Assembly: GCF_018977255.1 (NCBI RefSeq)
Contig: NW_024704743.1
Span: forward strand, 78,184,001 to 78,248,000
Direction: 5' to 3'
DNA: 64,000 nucleotides
Source: Callorhinchus milii
Lineage: Eukaryota
The notes below the pieces were generated by a model that was not told the DNA's origin, did no database searches, and saw only the letters and a list, made by a program, of their open reading frames with translations. The translations under genes were made by a program, and so were the position numbers. Shown here in pieces: positions 1 to 11,587 of this stretch; within the stretch, counting starts at the first letter, position 1; the number at the start of each line of letters is the position of its first letter.

Positions 1-299
1 GCAGTTTGCTCACAAAATTGCTTGAGAGCCTGCTTAAACAGAGATGGTTCTCAAGTAATCCGAGGACACTGGTGCAGAGTGGAATACAAGAAAATACCCA
101 GGAATTAACAATGGTCTTTTAAAAGGGGTATTGGGACAAGGCAGTTAATGGGACTGAATGGGTTGCGCCAGCACAGACATGATGGGTCAAATAGCCATCT
201 TCTGGGCTGTAAACTTCTATGATCAACTGTGAGTTATTAATCTTTCACTACTACCAATTTCACCCAATCTTACAAAATGTTCTATATCTTGTAATATAG

Positions 300-449
300 G
301 TGCGGGCATTGTCAGAGACTACAGGCCACATGGAACAAACTGGGAGACAAATACAACAACATGGAGAAAACTCCAGTGCACGTAGCCAAAGTTGACTGCA
401 CCGAAGATACCCAGATCTGCTCAGAGAATGGGGTCCGAGGTTATCCCAC
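300..449 (+). CDS. TXNDC5: TXNDC5 (ERp46) coding exon 2, first thioredoxin active site
   Basis: tag acceptor at 297-299 and gtaagt donor at 450. Translates (W)[50 protein letters not shown], matching TXNDC5 domain 1. Confidence 0.96.
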
Positions 450-1534
450 GTAAGTGCCGCACTGGCGGACGGGTTCTTTCCATTGAAAGTGTTGATCTTC
501 ACCTAGTTTTTAAGATATTCTTGCACAATAGTTGGGAGTGAGGTTTGTGAGTGAGCAGATGTTCTCAGTGTGTTACTACTTGGCTGGTTAACAATCCCCC
601 AAATAAAATAAATCATTCACATCATGGCTGTTAATGGGACATTGGTGTGTGCAAATTCACCTACAAAGTAGCTGCATTTATATTACAGATACATTTCTGA
701 AATAAGACTGAGCCACTTCCTCTGGAAACTCTACCCCCAACTGCAAACCGTACATTGTACAACATCTTGGGGTGCCCCCTGACATGTAAATCTAAATTTG
801 TAGTTGTGTTGAATATATTTGGATACCAAATATATTCCCGATTCAATATTACAGAAAACGGAATTGCCTTGAGCTGTTAAGACATGTAAAGGCTGAACAT
901 GTAAAACGTTAATTGTACAGCAAAAAAAGGAGTTAATTTGTGGGCAAAGTTGTTTTTTAAATGCTTACAGCTTCAACCGAAATTACACATTTCTTTTTAA
1001 GAAAAGGAGGGATTTGGTTGTAATAATCCTGAAATAGAATCTGAGCCTTAATTAAGCAGCAGATTTTTCAGTTTCAGATCTATATAGAGGTTGCACCTGA
1101 GCCCTGCCTGTCATTTATTTTTATGTTTGGTTATATTCAAAGGATTAATCTTTTCTTTGTGAATATTTCTAAATCAATATTCTGCATAGAATTTGGGAGG
1201 AAAGATGTTTCTTACAAATTAGGCTTGATCTCCAGAAATGCTTTCAATATTTAATTAAAAAAAACAATATGTAACCCAGTTTGGGATGCAGCATTGCTCA
1301 CTGAACAAATGTAAAGTCATTCACATTCCAGTTCTGATTTCTCTCTTTCTCTCCCCACCCCCCCTTCACCCAATTATGAAAAATCCTTTAAAAGTAATGA
1401 GGCAGAACACTTCATACAACATTTTCATTCTCTGCATTTCTAAATTACTTTCAACTCTTGAGCAAATAATTGCTGGCTGTGCAGTTTAATTTTTTTAAAA
1501 AAGTAATGTTTCCCCCCCTCTGGTTGATCATCAG

Positions 1535-1640
1535 ACTCAAGTTGTTTAAACCTGAACAAGATGCTGTCAAATATCAGGGACCTCGAGACTTCGAATCGCT
1601 GGAAACATGGATGATTCAGACAGTGAATGCTAAACCTGCT
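1535..1640 (+). CDS. TXNDC5: TXNDC5 coding exon 3
   Basis: cag acceptor, gtaagt donor. [35 protein letters not shown]. Phase continues from exon 2. Confidence 0.96.
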
Positions 1641-2279
1641 GTAAGTATGGAATGCAGTGTCTTTCTCCTTCTTGTTGCTTAACCTCAGGTTTTTGCATTG
1701 ATGTAAACTGGTGCTGTGAAAGCAAAACATTTACCTTTCTGCTTTTGTTATTGTTTTATTTCCTCTCTCCTGTCTGCAACCAGAACTAGTGACATTGTAT
1801 TTGGCTGCAACATTGCAGCTGTAACAGGGCAAGTTCGAACTTATTTATGCAGGATTTGTAATATGTGGCCAGTTGATCTAATCTCATTGTCATTTTGCAC
1901 TGGTAAAGTCTGAACATCTTGTTTTTAAGGCAATTCAACTAAGCTGGACTTTTATTAAGCTTTTATTAAGTCAATTAGTGTGGAACTGACCCACTTAATA
2001 AAGTCAGTTCAGGTAACTGTCACTGTGTTTAATGTCAAAAGTAAATCTAGCAAGTATGGGTTGATGGTGGTAGTTGAGCTCACAATGAACACATACTCAG
2101 TGATTGGAAGGTCTTGTTTTACCTTTTCAATGTATTGCTAACTGGTCCAGAGGCTTCTTATTCCGAGTATTGAATATTGAGTCCGAAACACTGAATGCCC
2201 AGCTCCGTGGGATGTCCTCCTGATATGAAAGGCGCTATACAAATGTAATTTTGTTGTTGATTGTTCTTAAAGGAGTTGG

Positions 2280-2660
2280 ACAACAACAATTTACATTTGT
2301 ATAGTATCTTTCATACTGGAAGAAAGTCTTAAAGCATTTTACAAAGACTGAGTGGCAGTGGTGGCTGAAAGTGCAGTCAAAGAAGTAGGTCTTTGAGAGG
2401 GATTTGAAAACAGAGAGGGAAGGAGTGAGGCAGAGGGATTTCAGGAGAGAGTTTCAGAGAGAGAGGGGACAGAGTGGCTGAAGGCTCACCCACTGAAGGT
2501 GGGGTGGATGGATCAAGAAAGTGGCATGATCCAGGTTGGAAATGGTGGAACAGGGGGAATGGCCAGAGGTAGGGTGATGCAAGGCCATGGAAGTATTTCA
2601 AGATGAAGAATGAGCATCTTAAAATTGATCCGTTGTTGGATGGGGAGCCTGTGGGGTGCA
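2280..2660 (-). mobile_element. Degenerate L2 LINE 3' fragment
   Basis: (CAA)n tail plus 'tttacatttgtatag', with a purine-rich body resembling the reverse complement of the L2 copy at 4931-5478. Confidence 0.7.
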
Positions 2661-3861
2661 GTGACTGTGTAATTTGTAGGCAAATGAGATATTGCTTTGA
2701 AGGAAAGAGCAGCCTAACTTCCTCTAGCTGAGGGAACATTATACAAATGTAATTTTGTTGTCAGGGTGCAGCTGAGGTTAATCTTGTAAAATTTTCCTAC
2801 AGATAAGAGTTACTGCATAACAGTAACTTGCATTTATGTAGCACCTTTCACACCAGATAGGGTCTCGGAGCCTTGTACAGTTGTCGGGTTAGATGTTGAG
2901 CAAGAGATGACCATTGGTTTGATCAGAGGTGAATCTTAAGGTTGGATTTAAAGATGGATAAAAGAAAATATCACACAAAAAAGTGAAGTCCTTTGACGTG
3001 ATAAGACACTATATTGAATGCAAGAATTGTTAACAACTCTAGACTCAGGTGCTTGATGTGGTATGCATTATCTTAATGTCATTTCAGATTAGAGGGATTA
3101 CTACAAATTTGGTCTTTAGGTTTGGGTGAGGATACTGAGAAACATGAATCTTGGCGTACGTTGGTGCAAGAAAGCTATTTGGGTCTCCAGGTTTCAATTT
3201 CATTTGAAGACACTGCAACTTTATTTTTAAAGAGCAAAAGATATAAGGGGGCTGTGGCGTTAAATGTTGTTTTGCATTCTTGAGCTATAAATACCACATG
3301 ATAATCCTTTAGCCTACATCACCTGCAGATGAACCCGTCAGTGATCTTTGGTAGCAGCATGAACTAATGTGCTCTTATTAATGGCAGGATATAATATATA
3401 ATAATCCTTCCATTTGGATGTTGTAAAGAAACAAAGGGTTTGCTGTTGGTTAGTAAGTGTTAACTGGGGGAGGAGTACTGAGCAGTTCTGAATGAGCGAA
3501 AGACATCCAACTTGCTCTGTTCTGCTTCAGGATCTGCTTTGCCCACTTTTCATCCTTTCCCCGATCAATCCTGTTTCCTTCCACAGCACGTCAGTAATTT
3601 CCTAATAGCAGACCCAGGTTTCTATTTGAAGTCTTCACTCAGTTGATGGTTTCCTGGGCCAGGTGGACTGCTGTTGAGCACTATACACAAAGAAGTTACC
3701 TGAACATTTGGCTTCCTTTACACTGGGTTCCCCAACTCCCTCCCTCCACTGTTCAAGCTCCCATTCTCTGAGAAACACTTAGAGATGTTTCCCTTATGTA
3801 AAAGGTGCTGTACAAGTGCAGGTTGATGCTGTTGGTGGGCTTGTTGTTTCGCTCTCTCCCG

Positions 3862-4296
3862 TGATGATGATGATCCTTGCATTTGATATAGCACCAAATC
3901 ATGTTGTCGAGACATCTCAAAGCACTTCTCCAGTTTACTGTAGAGTAAATATATAATGACTGTATTTTGTGAGCGAACGCAGCATCCAGTTTACACAAAC
4001 CAAGACCCACAAACAGCCATAAAGTGAGTGATCAATTTTATTAAGGGGATTGTTGGTCAAGATTCTAGGAGAAAGAAACTCCCTTTTTTTGGATAGTGCC
4101 ATGGGATCTTTAATATCCACCCAAACAAGCAGACAGGACCTTGATTTAATGATTCAATTGAAGGACAGCACCTCTGCCACTGCAAGTGCATTTCATTAGA
4201 GTGTTAGCCTATACTGTCAGTTCAAAGTCCCTATGTGTGCTTGAACCCACATCCTTTCGACTCAGGTAAAGAGTGATACCAACTCAGCCATGCTAA
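3862..4296 (-). mobile_element. DeuSINE (SacSINE1/AmnSINE1-like) copy
   Basis: The reverse complement has a tRNA-like head, Deu-domain-like 'ttaaatcaaggtcctgtctgc...aaagatcccatggcactat' and an L2-type tail ending in (ATC)n. Confidence 0.75.
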
Positions 4297-4591
4297 CACC
4301 TGATGGTTGAGCGGTATGCTGTGGATTCTTGGGAAAGATTGACAATTTATTGTGTGATTGACTTCAGGATTGGCTTGAGGGTTGGGGGGGGACAGAGGAG
4401 GCCTCAGTTAGACACTCTGACATGTATTTCGTCACAAGGATAATGAAGGAAATATATTGGACAATGTACAAGAGATTCTTGTTAGTTATCCCTAAATATT
4501 CTTAAAAGTTTGCAAAAACAATAGATGGATCTTTTCCTTTAATGGACAAGTGTAATGCTAATGTTTAAAAGCTGTCATTTATTCTTATTAG

Positions 4592-4688
4592 GAACTAGAA
4601 GCTGAGCTGGAAACTCCCCAAATCCCTGAAGCCAAGCAAGGCTTGTACGAGCTGTCAGCAGAGAACTTCAAGTCACATACGGCACAAG
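4592..4688 (+). CDS. TXNDC5: TXNDC5 coding exon 4
   Basis: tag acceptor, gtatgt donor. [32 protein letters not shown](G). Confidence 0.95.
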
Positions 4689-4930
4689 GTATGTTCTGGA
4701 CTCTGATGTATGGTCATTAAATTTTCTTCCTTGTCTTCTGAAGGCACTGACTCTGCTGGGGTATTGTGGAGGATTGGGAGTCAGCCAGTATCTCACTCAA
4801 GTAACTATTATTCAGGAATGTGCCTCAGTTCTGAGCAGGGTAGCTCAGGTGTGCTGCATTGGCAAGGAATGGGGAGTTCCTTTTACAGCTGTGTAAATGT
4901 GAGCACAGGGCTGGGATTAATAGCTATTTT

Positions 4931-5478
4931 TCGCGACCACATCACTCCCACCCTCGCTCGCCTCCACTGGCTTCCAATCCCCCAGAGGATCGAATTCAAG
5001 ATCCTCATCCTCACCTACAAGGCCATTCACGGCCTCGCTCCCTCCTACCTCTCCGACCTACTATCCCCCTACATACCTACCTGTACCCTCCGTTCCTCTG
5101 GCTCCGGTCTGCTCCACATCCCCCGCCCCAACCGCCCTACCATCGGTGGCCGGGCCTTCAGCCTCTCAGCCCCTAGGCTCTGGAACTCCATCCCCCAGTG
5201 CCTTCGCCGCCTCCTCCCTTTCCTCCTTCAAGGCCGGTCTCAAGACCTTTCTCTTTGACCGTGCCTTCAGCTCCCCTCTCGACTCTCTACCCCTCCCTCG
5301 CTCCCTCCCTTCCCTCCCCTCACCCTGACGATTTCCCCCCTCCTTGCTTCCTCCCTTCCCTCCCTCACCCTGACTATTTCCCCCCCCAAGGCTCGGGTCC
5401 TGACCCAACTGTCCAGCGCCTTGGGACGTCCTCCCGACGTGAAATGCGCTCTATAAATGGAATCTTGTTGTTGTTGTT
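4931..5478 (+). mobile_element. L2 LINE, 5'-truncated (ORF2 C-terminus, 3' UTR and (GTT)n tail)
   Basis: RDHITPTLARLHWLPIPQRIEFKILILTYKAIHGLAPSYL...GGRAFSLSAPRLWNS is a typical L2 ORF2 C-terminus. Pyrimidine-rich UTR and stem-loop tail follow. Confidence 0.92.
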
Positions 5479-5822
5479 AAGAAAAGCGCAAGGAAATGTT
5501 ACAGTTAAGCTGCTATGATTATGCTTAATTATTATTGTAAAAGTTGAGAGGTTTGTTGATGCAACAATATTTCAAGAGCGCCGACTTGCATAAAGCGTAA
5601 TTGTGGTGCTTGAACCTGGCATCTTCCAGGTCCTGTTGTAAGAAATTAATCAATCTTGAGTTTGATTCATCCTTCCATGCTATAAATTTCTATGGCACTA
5701 CAGTACAAACCGTAAACCTAGACCCTATGTCTTTCCCCCACCCCCCCTCATATCTGTTGTTTGGGGAAGGTGGTGCAAGACATTTTCCCAATAACTATTG
5801 TTTTAAAAAAATTCAATTTCAG

Positions 5823-5938
5823 GTTTCCATTTCATCAAGTTCTTTGCCCCGTGGTGTGGGCATTGTAAGGCTCTGGTCTCCACATGGGAACAGCTGGCAT
5901 CAATGTACGAGCATTCGGGCAACCTGAAAATTGGCAAG
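5823..5938 (+). CDS. TXNDC5: TXNDC5 coding exon 5, second CGHC site
   Basis: cag acceptor, gtggga donor. [38 protein letters not shown]. Confidence 0.96.
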
Positions 5939-6283
5939 GTGGGAACAAATTTTTTGTACCTTTATAAACTCACAAGTACCATGAGTAGAAATGCATAATA
6001 TAAATTATTGGCTAAGCTGGAATATTTTGCACTTGGTTTTAATATCCTGCTACAGATAGAGGGTGTTGTCATTGGTCAGTCCAATTATCCGTTGATCTTT
6101 TTAATTTTTCGTAAAATCTATTTGCAGATTATTGCTGTACTGTTAGCGAGGATGTTCATCGCCCCTTTATTTTTCTTATATTCACATTGTTCTCATCCTC
6201 ACCCTGAAGTGGTGGATGTTTCTTATGTTCCACTTGCTATGATATTGTTTGAGAATTTATGTTTTCACCTAATTGAATTCTAG

Positions 6284-6370
6284 GTGGACTGCACTATCAA
6301 TCAGCAACTTTGCTCTGATAATCAAGTCCGTGGATACCCAACCCTTATGTGGTTTAAGGATGGAGAAAAG
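6284..6370 (+). CDS. TXNDC5: TXNDC5 coding exon 6
   Basis: tag acceptor, gtaagt donor. [29 protein letters not shown]. Confidence 0.96.
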
Positions 6371-6794
6371 GTAAGTGGTGTCCTTTAATCAAGCTGAGAA
6401 ATTTCATGTTTTATTTCTCCTCCCACCTCTTGATGTAGATGGCTTCTGACCACATGCTGTGCCTTTGAAAAGTATCGAGTTTGAAACTTTTAGCAAAACT
6501 CTGAACTGGTTGAAATTCCAGAGCTTGGAAGAATTTGATCAATTGGTACGGAGGGAGATGGAAATAAAAGTTTGATTTGAATCTTCCCGACAGACTCTAT
6601 CGAATTATTTTATTATTCTCCCTCATCTCGAAAGAGATTGTAATAAACAAGGTACTACGTGGCACTTTTAGAACCTCCTGACAGATGTTTAGTGGTGAGG
6701 GGGGAGAGGAGAAAGAAATGTGTCAGTTCTTGTTGTTGTGGCTGTTTGTTCTGACTGAAAACAGGACATCTTTGAACATCTGGCTTGCGTGACT

Positions 6795-7135
6795 TTAGAA
6801 ACAGGAGTAGGCTATTCAGCCCCTTGAGCCTATTCTGCCATTCTACAAGATCAAGGCTGATCTGTACCTCAAATCCAACCACCCGCCCTTGCCTCTATCT
6901 CTTAATCCCCCGACCTAACAAATATCTATCCACCTCAGTCTTGCAAATATGAATGGATCCAGCATCCACAGCCTTTGGATATTGGACACATTTCCACTAC
7001 CCTTTGGGTGAAAAAAGCCTCCTAATTTCACTCCTAAATGGCCTAGCTCTCATTTTAAGATACCCCACCCCCTGTTCTGGAGTTCGCTACCAGAAGAAAT
7101 AGTTTCTCTGTATCTACCCTATCTACCCCTTTTAT
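6795..7135 (-). mobile_element. CR1 LINE 3' fragment
   Basis: 'aggagtaggctattcagccccttgagcctattctgcca...' is similar to the 3' end of the CR1 at 51438. Confidence 0.75.
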
Positions 7136-7271
7136 TATTTTAAAATATATTTTAAAAAAACTTTAAGCAATACTTGAGTGGGGTGAGGGAAAGAGGAACT
7201 TGTAATCTTGATTGAATATTAATGCTGCGTTGAAGGATGCCTTAAATTCAGAGTTCTTATTTTCTTCACAG

Positions 7272-7427
7272 ATCGATCGTTACGGAGGGAAGAGGGATCT
7301 GGACTCTTTGAAGCAGTTTGTGGATTCCCGGTTAAATGCGGCTCAACCTTCTGAAGAGGAAGTAGCAACTGATGAAGCTGAGCAGGTGGAGGAAGAGCCG
7401 GAGAAGGTAGAGGCAAAGGAGGATCTG
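7272..7427 (+). CDS. TXNDC5: TXNDC5 coding exon 7 (end of domain 2 plus acidic linker)
   Basis: cag acceptor, gtatgt donor. IDRYGGKRDLDSLKQFVDSRLNAAQPSEEEVATDEAEQVEEEPEKVEAKEDL. The 3' end is less certain because in-frame GT donors also follow 7385 and 7406. Confidence 0.9.
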
Positions 7428-8096
7428 GTATGTAAGACACTAGGATAGTTCTACATGGGTGGAGGGGGACACGACTGCATTTAAGCATCAAAACATCACG
7501 GAAGCGCTGATGAAGAAAGATGAATGGGGAGGGGAAAGTATAATCCTGGTTAAACCTGTCCCAGGCAGAGCTGTTAAATGGTACAAAACATTCCTCTAAG
7601 CAACAGGTCAAATCTTAAAATAATTAATGAACGTTTGCATAATTTGCATTCTTCAACTTTTTTTTATTCTTAATAAGCTCCTTACATTCCGATATAGAGC
7701 CTTTCATATTGGGAGGACGTCTTCAAGTGCTTTACAGAATTTGCTGTAAAGGATAATGACTGTATATTTTGTAAGGGAACCCAGCAGCCAATTTTAAGTA
7801 TAACTGATGAATAAGTCGGGAAATAGTATCTGAAATAGTATCATGTACAACACTTATGCTGTACAGACCACTGTGTTGCAGATTCAATTCCCAGTCTGCT
7901 GAGTTAGATCACAATGTTGGTTCGGATGAAAAAGTCCCTTCAACCCATCTGATTTTGTGCCTCCAGAATACCCACCCCACCATCTCCCCATCAGAGCATC
8001 AAGCTGCTTTTTGAAAGAGTTCAGTATCTTGGCTTTAACCACCCTTTCTCAGTAGCTGTATCCTCAGGGCAGCATTTGGATGCATGTAATCTTCTT

Positions 8097-8414
8097 GTAG
8101 CTCAGTGTAGCTCAGTGGTTAGAGCACTCGCTTTGCAAGCGAGAGACCTGAGTTCAATTCCAGGCAGGGCGAAACCTTGGGCAAGTTTCCTTACTCCATA
8201 CGCCTAATAATAATCCCTCCAAAACAAAAAACAATAATAAATTGGTCATTTTGAATCTACGACTGTTTGTGGGACATTGCTGTGCGCAATTGGCTGCCGC
8301 GTTCGCCCACAAATATACAGTTAATTCACTTTACAGTGTGTTCTGTGAAGCGTTTTGGGACGTCCTCCCGACGTGAAAAGCGCTACATCAAATGCAAGGA
8401 TTATTATTATTATT
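8097..8414 (+). mobile_element. tRNA-Ala(UGC)-derived SINE, young short form
   Basis: A box TAGCTCAGTGG, anticodon arm CTCGC-TTTGCAA-GCGAG, B box GTTCAATTCC, Deu-like 3' body, L2-like stem-loop and (ATT)n tail. Nearly identical to 37899-38210. Confidence 0.92.
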
Positions 8415-9379
8415 CTTGGGCTAGAGTGGGAAAGTAGCCCAGTTTCCCATTCCTGAAAGCTATCCAATGACTCCGGCATGTTTGGATATCGGGAGAGAGC
8501 AGAGTTAGACTTGATCAAATAGGCTACTGATAATTCACCAGCTCGGCTTGTACATGTGTACTGGCCACTTGGGCTTCGGATGGTGTCTGGAGCAATATCC
8601 TAGTGAAGTGACAGAATCTTTAGCAGAGTAGAGTAGGCATTTGAGAGCAAATTTAGCTGAGGTTGGATTGCTTAGGATGTGCATACACTAGATTTCAGAA
8701 AATGCTGCGTTCTCCCGCAAAACACTCATTGCCGTTTCAATATGCCGTGAAGCATTTTGAGACATCGTCCTTACGTGAAAGGTGCTACATCAAAGGTAAG
8801 GATTATTATTATGCTTATTCTAGATCTGTGCATTTGTTTTCTCATCTTGTGAACATCTCTGTAATGAAGGTGATGTGTTGCTTAAGACACTTTTTCAGCC
8901 CCCACTTGAAACAGATGGTGATTAAAATCATAGACTTACAAACAAAAACACCTCCCTAGTAAGGGAAAAATAGGCAATCCCTAACTGCCTTCAAGAACAA
9001 ACTTCCAAAGTGCGTCAACTCTGGAAGTTTTGTCGCTCTCGTTAAGGTGTACTGTACTCTGGGTCAGATGTGAGATTGTTTTCAAAGGTTAAAGGGTGGC
9101 TGAGATATGGCAGTCCTATGGACATTGTTGTCTTGATGCAGAAACTGTCAATGGATGACAGCCCCCACCCCTCCCCTCCAATCCCTTGCACATCCAGCAG
9201 CTGGATAAAACGTGTGATTTAAGGAGTGTTGGGAGCAGACTTGCCCCCTCAGAACAGGGACAATATGGGCCAATTAAAAGCCTCATCACAGGGTGAGACA
9301 CAAGACATATTGTGGGTTATTTTGTCTGTCCTGTGTCTTGTACTGTTTTGGAGGTTTGTGACTTATTTCCTCTCTGCAG

Positions 9380-9462
9380 TCTGGTGTGCTGGTCCTGACT
9401 GAAGATAGTTTTGATGAGGCCATTGCCACAGGTGTTACTTTTGTGAAGTTTTATGCTCCATG
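9380..9462 (+). CDS. TXNDC5: TXNDC5 coding exon 8
   Basis: ctctgcag acceptor, gtaagt donor. [27 protein letters not shown](W). Confidence 0.96.
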
Positions 9463-10536
9463 GTAAGTGACTTGTTTTCTGGTGGGTAGAACATTTGCGA
9501 GTTTGCTGCAAGATGATATTTTTATTCAGAATGCTATACTTTCTGGTGCTTCATTTGACTTCAGATCCTGCTTTATGGAGGGGAGAAACAGCCAGGGTTT
9601 CTGGCAGATGCTTAATTTGCCAGCGCAAACTGTCAAGGCTCAAGTATGTTTATTCAGCAGAAAAATTGAGGAGTAAAACACCCAGCCAACTTGGGTGACT
9701 GCCAGCCAGCTGTGTGAAGCGCTTTGAGACGTCCTCCTGATGTGGAAGGCGCTCTGTAAATGTAAATTGTTATTCAGGAGAGGAAGTGAAGGGAGTGGAG
9801 AAAATTAGCAAAGAAACAAAATAAGTACTTTTTTTCTCTCTCAGAACCATATCAATTTATATATAGCAAAGGCAACTCGACCCATGACAGCTGTGCCAAC
9901 TTTTATAGAACAATCCTCCCTGTCTCAAAAATATTTTCTCTTCCTTATCTCCCACCACCCAAAAAAATCTCCTTTCAAGTTTGTGGCTTTATATGATGCC
10001 GAGCATAAGTTCATGATTGTACCACACTGCAGAGATCTCAATCTGAACTTCGGTCACCCTCCTACCCTCCCTGTCCTCCACCCCTCCTGATCCCAGCCCC
10101 TCGGATTCCAAATCCAAATTCTCCACCATCCAGGGCCTTGACACATTCTCCAACAGATGTTATTTGTTGTTGTCGTTGAACTTCATTCCTCCAGAGAGGC
10201 TGGGCACAGGGAGGGAATGAAATCCACTAGAGATCAGTGGTTCCTGGCTAGACAAAAACGTGTACGGAAAAATGTAAATCTCACTCATATGTGAATGTTT
10301 TATTCAATTAACCACAAGAAAATAGTTTTTCCTTCAAAATGAAAAGAAACTTAGAAATCTAAACTTAAACGCTTATTTCACTCTCAAATCTACAGTCAAT
10401 TCACTTTACAGTATAGTCTGAAGTGCTTTGAAACATCTGAAAGACGTGAAAAGCGCTATGTCAAATGCAAGGGTTATTATTATTGTTATTATTATAACCC
10501 TGAAACACCCTTTATCCGCTGTGTGTCTTTTTCCAG

Positions 10537-10666
10537 GTGTGGTCACTGCAGGAACATAGCACCAACATGGGAGGATCTTGCCAATAAGGACTTTCCTGGT
10601 TTAAGTGAGGTCAAGATTGCAAAAGTAGACTGCACAATGGAGCGTACCCTCTGTAATAGATTCTCT
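10537..10666 (+). CDS. TXNDC5: TXNDC5 coding exon 9, third CGHC site
   Basis: ttttccag acceptor, gtaagt donor. [43 protein letters not shown]. Confidence 0.96.
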
Positions 10667-11523
10667 GTAAGTACAAGTCACTCGGTAATGGGAAGGCTAT
10701 TAATGAGGCGTGTTGAGAAGAGAGCTGGAATTGAGCTCTTTCATGGTGTCATCTGTCACGGTCTGCCATTTGTTGACTGCTTCCCCAATCTCTATTTGTT
10801 AAATCAGCAGCCACATTGTATTTTTAGACACACAGACATTATAAGGATGCCCTTTGTAACCACCCACAAGAGGATTCTGAATTTACACTCTTGCGTTTTA
10901 GAGCAGGCAGAATTTGGCAAATTCTTCCGATTCGTTTTCAAACCTTTTTGTTGCAGTTCTAAACGAATCTACAGAAAATCAGCTTTGTCTGACTTCAAGC
11001 ATTTGTTGAATTCTTCATGCTCTAAAATGCTAAGACCTAGAGTGCAGGTCTAGATCCAGGTGGAATTTCTCCCCACATATTTATATGTATACACTTTTCA
11101 GCAAAGGTCCTGGAATAGTAAACGGGTACAGAAAGCTTGGCTGATTATTTGATTCAACCTCTTCCCCCCCCCCCACCCACACCTGGGGCATTGAAACTCA
11201 TTTGTAACACCCCCATTACTGCCTCCAGCTAAGTCACATCAGGAATAGAAACTTGCAACCTTTTGGGCCTATATGGTTCCATTTTATTGAGCAGCAGATT
11301 TTAACCACAGTGGAAAAGCATGGAGTTTCACTGATGGCATTTATGTGAAAAAGTCTCTTCTGATTGAAGTGTTCCCTTTAAAATGGATTCAGTAAAAACA
11401 CAAATTTTACAGCTAAAGTTATTTTTAAAAAGATGAAACGCTTCATTTGGAAGAAATGTGTGCAGTAATGTTATTTATTGTAGGGACCATATTAGTTTTG
11501 TAGTTGTAGGGACCATATTAGTT

Positions 11524-11587
11524 CAGCGCCTTGGGACGTCCTCCCGACGTGAAAGGCGCTCAATAAATGGAATCTTGTTGTTGTTGT
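11524..11587 (+). mobile_element. Very short 5'-truncated L2 tail
   Basis: 'cagcgccttgggacgtcctcccgacgtgaaaggcgct...gttgttgttg' is nearly identical to 5413-5478. Confidence 0.85.

Noticed and set aside
5270..5390. C-rich tract with ~45-nt internal duplication and G-quadruplex potential on the - strand
   Set aside because: It is the pyrimidine-rich 3' UTR of the L2 copy, with no locus-specific evidence.
8107..8175. Apparent tRNA-Ala(UGC) gene (also near 37905 and 50510)
   Set aside because: No acceptor stem or Pol III terminator follows, and it runs straight into a SINE body and L2-like tail. It is a SINE head.
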